NCBI GenBank assembly: GCA_947259365.1 | Contig: CAMYMC010000008.1 | Span: 45,804-109,803 of the forward strand | Source: an uncultured Acidimicrobiaceae bacterium | GTDB taxonomy: Bacteria; Actinomycetota; Acidimicrobiia; Spongiisociales; UBA5794 | Length of the DNA: 64,000 nt | Reading direction: 5' to 3' | Shown: piece after piece, positions 50,575 to 60,275 of the stretch | How the letters are laid out: every line of letters starts with the position of its first letter | Numbering within the stretch: the first letter of the stretch is position 1 | Notes under the pieces: model-generated | Database searches by the model: none | The model's input: only the letters and a program-made list of their open reading frames with translations | What the model was told of the DNA's origin: nothing | Translations under genes and position numbers: made by a program

Positions 50575-53088
50575 ATGGACCCGAGCATCCACCTCCAAGA
50601 GCGGCGCGAGCGGCGCGGCCGACGGATCCCCGCGCTCGCGGTGATCGGGGTCGTCGGCGTCCTCGGCGCCTCCCTGGTCGGCCTCTTCGGCTTCCTCGAG
50701 GCCAACGCCGCGTTCGGCACCGTCCAGGACCTCGAATCCCGCTACATCTGCGATGCCGAGAGCTACCCACTCGAGTTCCCCACGATCTCCCGCTTGTCGG
50801 AGGTCTATACGGCAGACCGGGTGCTCCTCGGCAAGCTCACCGAGCGAAACAGCCAACCGGCCACCCTCGACGAGGTCCCCGAGATGGTGATCGACGCCCT
50901 TCTCGCCGCCGAGGACGCCGGCTTCTACGAGCACGAGGGAATCGACTTCAAGGCGATCTTTCGGGCCGCCCTCGAGAACATCCGGGGCGACGGCGGCCTC
51001 CAGGGCGGATCCACGATCACCCAGCAGGTCGTCAAACAGAACTTCCTCTCGTCGGAGCAGACGATCGAGCGCAAGATCTGTGAGGCCGTCGTCGCTGCGG
51101 AGCTGGAGCGGCGCTACACGAAGGACCAGATCCTCGAGTTCTACATGAACTCCGTCTTCTACGGGCAGAACGCGTACGGGATCAAGGCGGCGGCCCAGGA
51201 GTACTTCGGCAAGGATCTCGATGAGCTCACGATCGCCGAGGCCGCCACCATCGTCACCCCGATCCGGTCGCCGAACCGCTACGACATCAGGGACGAGCCG
51301 GTGAACGTGGTGAGGGCCCGCAACGACGTGATCACCCAGATGGAGGTCAACGGTTTCATCACGACCGAGGAGGCGGTAGCGGCGCGAGCGGAGCTGCTCC
51401 GCCCGGTGGCGCACACCGAGTTCGAGGAGCTGGCACCGCAGGTCATCATCGCGGCCCGCGAAGAGGTGCTGCGGGACCCCCGCTACGGCCTGGGGACGAC
51501 GTACAGCGAGCGCAAGCGTTCCCTGTTCGGCTGCCCCGCGTCGGACACCGAGTGCGAGGGCGGGGGCGGCCTCAAGATCTACGTCACCGTGAACTACGAG
51601 CTCCAACAGGAGGCGAACCGGGTCCTCCGCGCCTGGTTCCGCGACCCTTCGGGACCCACCGGTGCGGTCGCGATGGTCGACAACCACACGGGTGCGATCA
51701 AGGTCATGGCGAGCGGGCTCGACTTCGGTGAGGACATCGCCGCCGGCCAGCGCCCGTACGACCTCGCCGGAGAGGGCAGGCGTCAGGCGGGATCCGCTTT
51801 CAAGCCCTTCGCCCTCGCCGCCGCCCTGGAAAACGGGAGCCAGTTCGGGCTTCCGATCACCCTCGGCTCGTACTGGGACTACACGAGCCCGCAGCGGATC
51901 GACTGCGGCTCCCCCTGCGGAGAGGACGGCTCGAACATCTGGACCGTCTACAACGCAGGCGGATCGAACGCGGGCGGGATCCGCACCCTCGAGGAGGCGA
52001 CGTACTTCTCGACGAACACCGTCTACGCCCAGGTGTCGTTCGCCGTTGGGCCGGAGAAGATCGTAGACGTCGCCCATCGCATGGGCATCGAGTCCCCGCT
52101 CAACCCGGTGCTGTCCATCTCCCTCGGCACCCAGAGCGTCAGCCCGCTCGAGATGGCGGCCGCGTACTCGACGATCGCGAACTACGGGGAGAGGGTCGAG
52201 CCGTACCTCATCGAGCGCATCGAGGACAACGACGGCAACATCATCTACAGCCACGAGGTCGCGCGGGAGCGCATCCTCGACGAGGCGCTCGCCGCCGCCA
52301 TGGTCAATACGATGAAGAAGGTCGTGAGCCAGGGCACGGCGACGAGGGCGAACATCGACCGCCCCCAGGCGGGTAAGACCGGCACCGCGCAGAACTTCCG
52401 CGACGTGTGGTTCATGGGCTTCATCCCTCAGTACACGACCTCGGTGTGGGTCGGGTACGCCGACGCCCAGATCGAGATGGTCGACTTCGACGTCTTCAAC
52501 GATCTCACCGGCAAAGAACAACACTTCAGCAGGGCGTTCGGCGGCACGCTGGCCGCGCCGATCTGGAAAGAGTTCATGCTCTTCGTCACCGAGGACCTCC
52601 CCGTCGAGGACTTCGCCCCCGAGCCACCGGGAACCCCGGTCTACTACCAGGTGCCGAACACCGTGGTACCCGACGTGATGGAGCTCACCACCGAGGCCGC
52701 GATGAAGGATGCGCTCTTCAAGGCCGGGCTCTTCCTCGCCGTGGAGGAGGTGGCCAGCGTGGAGCCGGAGGGCACCATCTTGGATCAGTCGCCGGCAGCC
52801 GGGATCACGCTGCGGCAGGGCCGAACCGTCACCGTGCGGATCTCGACGGGGCTGCCGCCGCTGATGACCGATCTGATCGGAATGACCATGGCCGAGGTGC
52901 CCGCCGCCTTCGAGGTGTTCAACGAGGAGACCGGCCTTCAGGTCACGTGGGTGTTCACCCCGGTACCGACCCCGGACGCTCTCGTCTGGAACCGTGTGCT
53001 GGCGACGAACCCGGCGCCGGGAGCCGAGGTGGCGTTCGAGCAGGAAGTCATCGTCTTCGTCGGATCTCCGCCGGCGCCTGCCCCCTGA
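50575..53088 (+). CDS. Class A penicillin-binding protein with PASTA domains
   Basis: EDAGFYEH-x-[19 protein letters not shown]; C-terminal PASTA-like repeats. Confidence 0.95.
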   Translation: MDPSIHLQERRERRGRRIPALAVIGVVGVLGASLVGLFGFLEANAAFGTVQDLESRYICDAESYPLEFPTISRLSEVYTADRVLLGKLTERNSQPATLDEVPEMVIDALLAAEDAGFYEHEGIDFKAIFRAALENIRGDGGLQGGSTITQQVVKQNFLSSEQTIERKICEAVVAAELERRYTKDQILEFYMNSVFYGQNAYGIKAAAQEYFGKDLDELTIAEAATIVTPIRSPNRYDIRDEPVNVVRARNDVITQMEVNGFITTEEAVAARAELLRPVAHTEFEELAPQVIIAAREEVLRDPRYGLGTTYSERKRSLFGCPASDTECEGGGGLKIYVTVNYELQQEANRVLRAWFRDPSGPTGAVAMVDNHTGAIKVMASGLDFGEDIAAGQRPYDLAGEGRRQAGSAFKPFALAAALENGSQFGLPITLGSYWDYTSPQRIDCGSPCGEDGSNIWTVYNAGGSNAGGIRTLEEATYFSTNTVYAQVSFAVGPEKIVDVAHRMGIESPLNPVLSISLGTQSVSPLEMAAAYSTIANYGERVEPYLIERIEDNDGNIIYSHEVARERILDEALAAAMVNTMKKVVSQGTATRANIDRPQAGKTGTAQNFRDVWFMGFIPQYTTSVWVGYADAQIEMVDFDVFNDLTGKEQHFSRAFGGTLAAPIWKEFMLFVTEDLPVEDFAPEPPGTPVYYQVPNTVVPDVMELTTEAAMKDALFKAGLFLAVEEVASVEPEGTILDQSPAAGITLRQGRTVTVRISTGLPPLMTDLIGMTMAEVPAAFEVFNEETGLQVTWVFTPVPTPDALVWNRVLATNPAPGAEVAFEQEVIVFVGSPPAPAP

Positions 53089-53100
53089 GCGGGCGGGGAG

Positions 53101-53727
53101 TCACGATCCGCCGAGGCGGGACCTGAGCACCTCGATCCGGTCGTCCAGCGCCTCGACGAGGGTCCGAACACGGGCAACAGGGTCGTCGATCTCGAGCAGC
53201 CGCTGCCTGTCGAGCTGCTCGATGGGAGCCGCGGAACACATCGTCCACGCCGCCGCAGCCGGGTCGTCCGGCAACTCGAGTTCACCGGCACCGACGTCCG
53301 CTCCGAGCTCTGACGCCAACGCCAGAAGCGTCCTGTGACGACGGTGTGCCTCGGCGATCCGGTCGACGAGATCGTCGCCCGGCGCGGCGTCGTCGAGATC
53401 CGCGACGCTGGCCCTCGGGTACGGATCATCGGCCAGCCAATCCTCCACCCGGATGCGGTGGACGCCGATCGTCACGACGGCGAGACGAGACTCGGCGACG
53501 CGGCCGGCCCGCACGATCCTGGCGACGCAGCCGACGTCGAAACGATGGTCGGCCCCGCCCACCTCCTGGCCCCGCTCGATGAGCACCACCCCGAACGTGC
53601 CGTCGTCCTCGAGCGCATCGGACACCATCTTCAGGTACCTCGGTTCGAAGACGTGCAGCGGGAGCACACCGTAGGGAAACAGCACGGTGCCGAGCGGGAA
53701 CATGCGCAGCGGTCGGGACTCGTCCAC
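53101..53727 (-). CDS. LON peptidase substrate-binding domain protein
   Basis: MFPL-x-TVLFP, LPLHVFEPRY, FGVVLI. Confidence 0.92.
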   Translation of the reverse strand: MDESRPLRMFPLGTVLFPYGVLPLHVFEPRYLKMVSDALEDDGTFGVVLIERGQEVGGADHRFDVGCVARIVRAGRVAESRLAVVTIGVHRIRVEDWLADDPYPRASVADLDDAAPGDDLVDRIAEAHRRHRTLLALASELGADVGAGELELPDDPAAAAWTMCSAAPIEQLDRQRLLEIDDPVARVRTLVEALDDRIEVLRSRLGGS

Positions 53728-53862
53728 CGTCGCAGTATGGAGGCTCGGGGCCGCCCGTGGAAATGGCCGGCCGACGTCGTCGGGCCCGACGCCGGGTTTG
53801 TTTCGCGCTCTCGGTACGAGGCTATTGATCTCACCTCGTCCTTATTGGTATTCAATGAGCCG

Positions 53863-54318
53863 ATGAAGTCGCCGATCTCGACAGCGCCCGGGTCCCTCCG
53901 TCGTGTACGTCCTCCCACGTCGGATTCCGCGCCATCCCCGGGCGCTGTCGGGCCCCTCCCCGTGCCGGCACTCCGCCCGACCGCACGTCGGCGCGAGCAC
54001 GTCAGCCCACAGGTGTGGCATGCCAGGGCGCCGCATCCCTCGTATCCGGTCACCGACCCCTACGTGCGCCGGTTCTGGACCGCGGTCATCGGACCGGGAG
54101 CGGTCGCCGACTTGCTGAGACTCGCCACCGCAGCACGCCGCGGCCGCTCCCTGAGGCGCCCCGTCCATCTCGGAGTCCTCCTCGCCGCCGGACTCGTCAT
54201 CGTCGAAGGAGGCCGGCTGCTCGTGCCGGTCGCAGTGCCGGCGGTACCTGCCCGGCTCGCCTCCAGGCTCACACCCGGCCTGCGTCGCGAGCACGGCGCC
54301 CGACCGACGCGTCTGTGA
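53863..54318 (+). CDS. Hypothetical protein
   Basis: Fills the gap; C-terminal half (PYVRRFWTAVIGPGAVADLLRL) looks folded; stop abuts the sirtuin; start uncertain. Confidence 0.55.
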   Translation: MKSPISTAPGSLRRVRPPTSDSAPSPGAVGPLPVPALRPTARRREHVSPQVWHARAPHPSYPVTDPYVRRFWTAVIGPGAVADLLRLATAARRGRSLRRPVHLGVLLAAGLVIVEGGRLLVPVAVPAVPARLASRLTPGLRREHGARPTRL

Positions 54319-54341
54319 CGCCTCCCATTAGGCTCGCCGCG

Positions 54342-55097
54342 GTGACGACCGTCGCCGCTGCCGCCGGCCGGCTCTCGGATCGGACCCGGATCCTCGTCTT
54401 CACCGGAGCCGGCATCTCCACCGAGTCCGGCATCCCCGATTTCCGCGGCCCCCACGGGCTGTGGAAGCGCCTCGATCCCAACGACTTCACCCTCGAGCGC
54501 TGGGTGACGAGCGAATCGTTCCGCATCGAGGCCTGGGGGCGCCGCTTCGCCCCGGACCGGCCGGTGTACCGGCCGAACGACGGCCACCGCGCCATCGCCG
54601 ATCTCTGGCGCACCGGGCATATGATCGGCTGCATCACTCAGAACATCGATGGACTCCACCAGGCCGCGGGATTGCCGGACGAGGGCGTCGCCGAGGTCCA
54701 CGGGAACGCCTCCGGCATCGTGTGCTACGCCGAAGGCCACGACGTCGACGTCGACGACGTTCGCTCCCGTTGGGAGGACGGCGAGACGGACCCCCGCTGC
54801 GCCGGATGCGGGTCGATCCTCAAGTCGACGACGGTGCTCTTCGGGGAGAACCTCCCCCCGGGTGCGGTCGCCCGAGCGCAGGGATGGACGGACGGGGCCG
54901 ACGCCGTGATCGCCGTCGGCTCCACGCTGTCGGTCTACCCGGCCGCGTACTTCCCCCTCGAGATCGCGGGCCGGGGCGACCCGTTCGTCATCGTCAACGA
55001 GGGTCCGACGGACCACGACCGCCTCGCCACGGTCCGCATCGAGGGCAAGGCCGGCGACGTCCTCCCCGAGCTCGTCGGCGCACTCATCGCCGGCTGA
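54342..55097 (+). CDS. cobB: NAD-dependent protein deacylase (sirtuin)
   Basis: GAGISTESGIPDFRG, TQNIDGLH, HGN, GSTL-x-VYPAA. Confidence 0.93.
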   Translation: MTTVAAAAGRLSDRTRILVFTGAGISTESGIPDFRGPHGLWKRLDPNDFTLERWVTSESFRIEAWGRRFAPDRPVYRPNDGHRAIADLWRTGHMIGCITQNIDGLHQAAGLPDEGVAEVHGNASGIVCYAEGHDVDVDDVRSRWEDGETDPRCAGCGSILKSTTVLFGENLPPGAVARAQGWTDGADAVIAVGSTLSVYPAAYFPLEIAGRGDPFVIVNEGPTDHDRLATVRIEGKAGDVLPELVGALIAG

Positions 55098-55147
55098 CCG
55101 GACCCGGCCGGAGCGGCTCCCGCTACGCTCGCGGCCGGAGGACCACC

Positions 55148-56308
55148 GTGGACTATCGCGACCTCGTCGCCAGGGCCAAGGAGACGATCACCGAGATCGA
55201 TGCACCGTCGCTGGAGGCTGCGATCCCGGACGGGACCACCGTCATCGACGTGCGCGAACCGTCCGAGCACGCCGCGGGCGCCATCGCCGGCTCGATCCTC
55301 ATCCCTCGCGGCGTGCTCGAGTCGGAGATCACGATCCGGGTCCCCGACCGGTCGACGCCCGTCGTCCTCTACTGCGCTGCCGGCAACCGATCGGCCCTCG
55401 CCGCCGGTGTGCTCGAGGAGATGGGCTACCGCGACGTCGCCAGCCTCGCCGGCGGGTTCGACGAGTGGAAGGGGGCCGGCAGGCCGTGGAGCCTCCCCAC
55501 CGGCCTCACGACCGACCAGCGCGCCCGGTACAGCCGCCACCTCGTCCTCCCCGAGGTCGGAGAAGCGGGCCAGCAACGCCTGCTCGATGCCAGGGTGCTC
55601 ATCGTCGGCGCCGGCGGGCTCGGGTCGCCGGCGGCGCTCTACCTCGCCGCCGCCGGCGTTGGCACGCTGGGGATCATCGACGCCGATCGGGTCGACGTCT
55701 CGAACCTGCAACGCCAGATCCTCCACGATGCCGGCAGAGTCGGAAAGCTCAAGGTCGAATCGGCGCGCGACACGCTGCGAGCCCTCAACCCCGGTGTCGA
55801 GGTCGAGGCCCACCCGACTCGCCTCGACGCCGCCAACGCGCTCGACGTGATGGGGAGATACGACGTCGTCGTCGACGGCGCCGACAACTTCCCCACCCGC
55901 TACCTCGTCAACGATGCGTCCCTCCACGTCCGGGTGCCGGTCGTCCACGCATCGATCTTCCGCTTCGAGGGTCAGGCCACGGTCTTCGACCCGTACGCAG
56001 GCCCCTGCTACCGGTGTCTGTACCGCCTCCCCCCGCCACCGGAGCTCGCGCCGTCGTGCGCAGAGGCGGGGGTGCTCGGCGTCCTCCCCGGCATCATCGG
56101 CTCGGTCCAGGCGATGGAGGCGATCAAGCTGCTCATCGGGATCGGAACCCCGCTCACCGGCCGCCTCCTGATGTACGACGCGCTCGACCAGACGTTCCGC
56201 ACGCTCAACGTGCGACGGGACCCGGAGTGCCCCGCCTGCGGGGATGAGTCGGCGCCTCCGCCCCTCGTCGATTACGACCCCACCTGTGCCCCGGTGACCG
56301 CCGCGTGA
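55148..56308 (+). CDS. moeB: Rhodanese + ThiF/MoeB adenylyltransferase (MoeZ-type)
   Basis: Rhodanese CAAGNRS; RYSRH, GAGGLGS, SNLQRQ, CYRC, CPAC. Confidence 0.93.
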   Translation: MDYRDLVARAKETITEIDAPSLEAAIPDGTTVIDVREPSEHAAGAIAGSILIPRGVLESEITIRVPDRSTPVVLYCAAGNRSALAAGVLEEMGYRDVASLAGGFDEWKGAGRPWSLPTGLTTDQRARYSRHLVLPEVGEAGQQRLLDARVLIVGAGGLGSPAALYLAAAGVGTLGIIDADRVDVSNLQRQILHDAGRVGKLKVESARDTLRALNPGVEVEAHPTRLDAANALDVMGRYDVVVDGADNFPTRYLVNDASLHVRVPVVHASIFRFEGQATVFDPYAGPCYRCLYRLPPPPELAPSCAEAGVLGVLPGIIGSVQAMEAIKLLIGIGTPLTGRLLMYDALDQTFRTLNVRRDPECPACGDESAPPPLVDYDPTCAPVTAA

Positions 56309-56680
56309 TCGTGGTGCGGCAGTGCTGGCGGCATGCGGTTGGCGCTCTCGCGTTGGCGACCCTGTTGGCTACGGGCTGCGGCGCGGAGCCGGCGCCGACG
56401 ATCTGTGAGCCAGCAGCGGAGCCCATCGGATCGGACGTACGCACCTCTGCCAGCGACGAGAACGGAGATGCCGTTGGCGCGACCATGGACGGCGGCTTCT
56501 GCGGCATGCGCCGCATCCGGACGTGAACCCGCTGGCCTCGGTGCGGGCCGCGAGCGGCGGGCGCTTCGACGACCTGGAACGCGGAGACGTCGTGATCGCT
56601 GCAGGCACCCCAAGCGAGGTGGTCGAAGCCGCCCGGGCGTGCCGTGGCTCACCCTCACCGGCGGACGGGTCGAGGGCTAG
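56305..56680 (+). pseudogene. Possible lipoprotein gene, short or frameshifted
   Basis: Lipobox LATG-C in ORF 56305-56526; coding-like sequence continues in other frames to TAG at 56680. Confidence 0.35.
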
Positions 56681-56733
56681 GCCGCGCGGCAGCGGGACGG
56701 GCACGGCACCCACCCGAGGGCGCCGGGCGCGGC

Positions 56734-57441
56734 TCACACGGCAAACGGGACGAGGTCCGGGAGCCCGAGGCGGACCACGGGCTCGGGAGCCGGCACCGGC
56801 ATCGCGTCTGCGGATGCCGGTGTCGGGGCCGGAACCGGCGGTGGCGGAGGCGGCGGAGGTGTCGGCTCCGGCGCAGGAGGCGAAGGCTCCGGAGGCGGCT
56901 CGGCGGGCGGTGAGGCCTTTTCTGTCTCGGGCGGTGGCGGCGGGGCCTCTTCGGGCTCCGGTGGTGGCGGTGGCTCCTCGGGTGGCGAGTTGAGACCCTC
57001 CGGCCCTCTCATGAAGACCACGGTGACCCACAGCTTCGTGTCCGCTTCCGCGACCACGCCGACCCCGACGTAGTTGAAGTCACCGAGGATGTTGGCGCGG
57101 TGGCCCGCCGAATCCATGAACGCGGCGTGAAGCGCATCGACGGTGGGACCGACACCGACGTTCTCACCGAGCGTGATCCACCCCGTGGTGACGGCGGCGA
57201 GGTTGGGGTTGTGGTAGAGGTTGTTCTCGTCGGCCATGCGGCGAGAGTGCGCCCGGGCGTCGTCGACGAGGTCCCAGTACATCTCGACGGGTGCGAGGCC
57301 GCGCCCGGAGCGCTCGGCGTTCATCTTCGCCAGGAACGACGACTCCCCGGGTCCGGCGACGGCCGACGGCGATGTGAGACCCGCCCAGGCAACGGCGAGT
57401 GCGGTGAGGGTGATGGTGAGGCGTCGGCGGGCTGTCCGCAT
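56734..57441 (-). CDS. Secreted CAP/SCP domain protein with Pro/Glu-rich tail
   Basis: Signal peptide, NAER, ARAHS, GENVG, S-x-GHRANIL, GVGV. Confidence 0.9.
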   Translation of the reverse strand: MRTARRRLTITLTALAVAWAGLTSPSAVAGPGESSFLAKMNAERSGRGLAPVEMYWDLVDDARAHSRRMADENNLYHNPNLAAVTTGWITLGENVGVGPTVDALHAAFMDSAGHRANILGDFNYVGVGVVAEADTKLWVTVVFMRGPEGLNSPPEEPPPPPEPEEAPPPPPETEKASPPAEPPPEPSPPAPEPTPPPPPPPPVPAPTPASADAMPVPAPEPVVRLGLPDLVPFAV

Positions 57442-57465
57442 CGATGACCACCCAGAGTGCTGAGT

Positions 57466-57506
57466 CGTGACACTCTGCGTATCGGACGCGGATAGTGGCT
57501 TCTTTA
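57466..57506 (-). promoter_or_regulatory. Sigma28-like promoter with TGTCACG box
   Basis: TAAA-N16-TCCGATAC-N6-TGTCACG upstream of the CAP gene. Confidence 0.5.
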
Positions 57507-57551
57507 GCTACCATGAGTGGTTGCCATCGCCTCATCGGAATGAGGGCGGCC

Positions 57552-59006
57552 TCAGCCGGTGAGATCCTCGGCGAGGGCGATGAGGGTGCGGACACCGAAG
57601 CCGGTGCCGCCCTTCGACAGGTAGTGCTCGGCTCGTGCCGCTCGTGCCGGACCGGCGACGTCGAGGTGAACCCAGGGACGGTCGCCGGCGAACTCGGCCA
57701 GGATGAGGGCGGCGGCGATTGCCGATCCGTAGCGCTCGCCGGTGTTCTTCATGTCAGCGACGGCCGACTCGATGTGCGAGCGGTACTCGGTCTCGAGAGG
57801 CAGTCGCCACAGCTTCTCCCCCGCCTTCGCCGCCGCCCCGGCGACCCGGTCGGCCGCATCGTCGTCGTTGGAGAAGAGCCCGCCGATCTTCGGGCCGAGA
57901 GCGACAGCACAGGCGCCGGTGAGGGTGGCGATGTCGACAATGAGGTCGGGCTCGGCCTCGACGGCGAGCGAGAGCCCGTCGGCGAGCACGAGTCTGCCCT
58001 CAGCATCGGTGTTGAGGACCTCGATCGTCTTGCCGTTCCGTGCTCGCATGACGTCTCCCGGTCGCTGCGCCGAGCCGCCGGGCATGTTCTCGGTGAGGGG
58101 AGTGATCCCGAGCACCCGCACCGGAAGGGCGAGATCGGCGACGGCGCGCACGGTGGCGAACACGGCGGCCGCGCCCGACATGTCGGTCTTCATCGTCTCC
58201 ATCGACTTCACCGGCTTCAGCGACAGCCCGCCGCTGTCGAAGACGATGCCCTTCCCGACGAGCGCCAGCGTCGCCGCCGCCCCGTCCGGCGCATAGTCGA
58301 GCATGACGAGGCGCGGCGGATTGGCGGCCCCGGCGGCCACCGCCATGAGACCGCCGAGCCCCTCGGCGGCGATGCGCTCCTCGTCGTAGACGGTGACGCC
58401 GATCCCCCGCTCCGTGGCGAGATCTGTCGCCCGCTCGGCGAGCACCTCCGGCGGCTTGTCCCCCGCCGGCTCGTTGACGAGATCCCTGGCGAGCGCCACC
58501 GCACCGGCCACGACCTCGCCGTGTCGCACGTCGGCGGCGATGGCGTCGGCGTCGGCGCCGGCGAAGACGACCCGGTCGGTGGCGGCGGGGTCCGGCTCGC
58601 TGCGGTAGCGATCGAAGGCGTACTGGCCGAGGGTGAACCCGAACACCGTGGCTTCGACGGCGCCATCGAGGTCGATCTGGTGGAACGTCGTCACCACCTC
58701 GCCGCTGCGGCGAACGGCAGAGGCGAGGACGGCCGCCCCACGGCGCACCGATTCCACGTCGACCTCGTCGCCGAGCCCGACAAAGGCAACGCTGCCGTAG
58801 CCGGTGCCGTCGCCACCGGGGACCACCACGATCTGCCCGCTGCCGCCGTTGAAGTCCTGCTGCTCGAGGTAGGAAGGGACCCAGTCACCGAGCCGGCTCG
58901 ACGCCCACGCTGCGCCCGGTCCCCACGTGAGCCCACTCAGGACCGGAACGGCGAGGACATCCCCACCCGACCCTCCGATCGCGGGACCGGCTCCGAACTC
59001 CATCAT
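57552..59006 (-). CDS. pepA: Leucyl aminopeptidase
   Basis: GKGIVFDSGG, MKTDMSG, NTDAEGRL, ATLTGA, HLDVAG. Confidence 0.96.
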   Translation of the reverse strand: MMEFGAGPAIGGSGGDVLAVPVLSGLTWGPGAAWASSRLGDWVPSYLEQQDFNGGSGQIVVVPGGDGTGYGSVAFVGLGDEVDVESVRRGAAVLASAVRRSGEVVTTFHQIDLDGAVEATVFGFTLGQYAFDRYRSEPDPAATDRVVFAGADADAIAADVRHGEVVAGAVALARDLVNEPAGDKPPEVLAERATDLATERGIGVTVYDEERIAAEGLGGLMAVAAGAANPPRLVMLDYAPDGAAATLALVGKGIVFDSGGLSLKPVKSMETMKTDMSGAAAVFATVRAVADLALPVRVLGITPLTENMPGGSAQRPGDVMRARNGKTIEVLNTDAEGRLVLADGLSLAVEAEPDLIVDIATLTGACAVALGPKIGGLFSNDDDAADRVAGAAAKAGEKLWRLPLETEYRSHIESAVADMKNTGERYGSAIAAALILAEFAGDRPWVHLDVAGPARAARAEHYLSKGGTGFGVRTLIALAEDLTG

Positions 59007-59563
59007 GTGCCCTCCGGTTGCCGGCTGGGGGTCCAGTCGGCCTCCGCCGCCCTCGCCAGCATGTACATGTAGTCGGCGAGCCGGTTGAGGTACGGGATCA
59101 CCGTCGAATCGTCGAGGCCGCCGGCATCGGCGAGGGCCACCGCCCTACGCTCGGCGCGGCGGACGACGGTCCGCGCCAGATCGAGGTTGGCCGCGACCGG
59201 ATTGCCACCGGGGACGACGAACTCGGTCGGGGCGCCGCGATCGTCGATGATCGCGTCGATCGCCGACTCGAGCGCATCGACCATGTCCCTGGTCACGCGG
59301 CTCGTCCCGGGGACGAGCTTGCCACGATTCGACGGCGCCGTCGCCAGCTCTGCGGCGACGACGAACAGCTGCCGCTGCAGATCGAGCAGCGTCCCGGCGA
59401 GGGTCGGATCCTGCTCCTCGGCGGCGGCTCTCGCCAGCCCGAGCGCGGCGACGGCCTCGTCGACCGCCCCGTACGCCTCAGGGCCGGGATCCGCCTTGCC
59501 GACCCGGCCCCCGTAGAAGAGGCCGGTCGTGCCGTCGTCGCCTTTTCCGGTGTAGATGCTCAT
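59003..59563 (-). CDS. PduO-type ATP:cob(I)alamin adenosyltransferase
   Basis: IYT-x-KGD-x-GTT, AYG-x-VDE, RRAER, YLNRL. Confidence 0.93.
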   Translation of the reverse strand: MSIYTGKGDDGTTGLFYGGRVGKADPGPEAYGAVDEAVAALGLARAAAEEQDPTLAGTLLDLQRQLFVVAAELATAPSNRGKLVPGTSRVTRDMVDALESAIDAIIDDRGAPTEFVVPGGNPVAANLDLARTVVRRAERRAVALADAGGLDDSTVIPYLNRLADYMYMLARAAEADWTPSRQPEGT

Positions 59564-59578
59564 CGGCGTGGCGAGAGG

Positions 59579-60250
59579 TTACCCACCAAAGGCAACCATG
59601 CGGCCGACGACTGCCGAGCCGATCGCGGTCAGGGTGGCGAGGTAGCTGAGCCCGGTCGCCGCCATGACGCCGCTGTAGCGGGGCTCCTCGAGCGCGTACC
59701 AGACGCCGACGACGAGAAGCCCTGTTGCCGCCGCCAGCGCGACGAAGGACCACCCCATCGCGGCGCCTGCGTCTGCCCACGAGAAGACGCCCCGTGTGGC
59801 GAGATACCCAACGTCGGCCACGAGCCCGGCACCGCCGACGACGACGAGCGACTTCAGTGCCCAGCGCGGCAACCTCGGGTCGACGAGGTACCAGTGCCCC
59901 AGCATCATCTCGGAGGTGATGCCGCCGAGGAGAACGGCGCCGGTGACGAGCGCGAGCACCGGCGAATCGTCGACTCCCGAGAAGAGGAACGCCATGGCGG
60001 CCGCGGCGAAGAGGACACCTGTAGCGCGCGTCCTCGACGCGACCGCGGCAGCGGCCGCCAGCGCCAAGCCCGTCCAGGCGAGCGCGTCGCCACCGGCGAC
60101 GGCCCCGGGGAGTCCGAAAACGACGACGACGGAGGCGGCGAGCCACGTATAGCCGGCGCCGACGACCCTCCAGGTCGTGACGAGCGCCGCCCCGGCCGCG
60201 AGGCCCGCCGTCCACATCTCGAGGACGACGGCAGGTGTCACGTCCATCAT
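59579..60250 (-). CDS. Conserved integral membrane protein
   Basis: Multiple TMs; MLGHWYLVDP and SGVMAATGLSY motifs. Confidence 0.75.
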   Translation of the reverse strand: MMDVTPAVVLEMWTAGLAAGAALVTTWRVVGAGYTWLAASVVVVFGLPGAVAGGDALAWTGLALAAAAAVASRTRATGVLFAAAAMAFLFSGVDDSPVLALVTGAVLLGGITSEMMLGHWYLVDPRLPRWALKSLVVVGGAGLVADVGYLATRGVFSWADAGAAMGWSFVALAAATGLLVVGVWYALEEPRYSGVMAATGLSYLATLTAIGSAVVGRMVAFGG

Positions 60251-60275
60251 CGGAGCGCGACGTGCGGCATCGGGG

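Noticed and set aside
50455-52524. 1211-aa extended methylmalonyl-CoA mutase fusion
   Set aside because: The N-terminal 690 aa are the antisense shadow of the PBP gene; mutase homology begins near 50454.
56790-56995. Pro/Glu repeat as an independent repeat element
   Set aside because: It is the coding low-complexity tail of the CAP protein.
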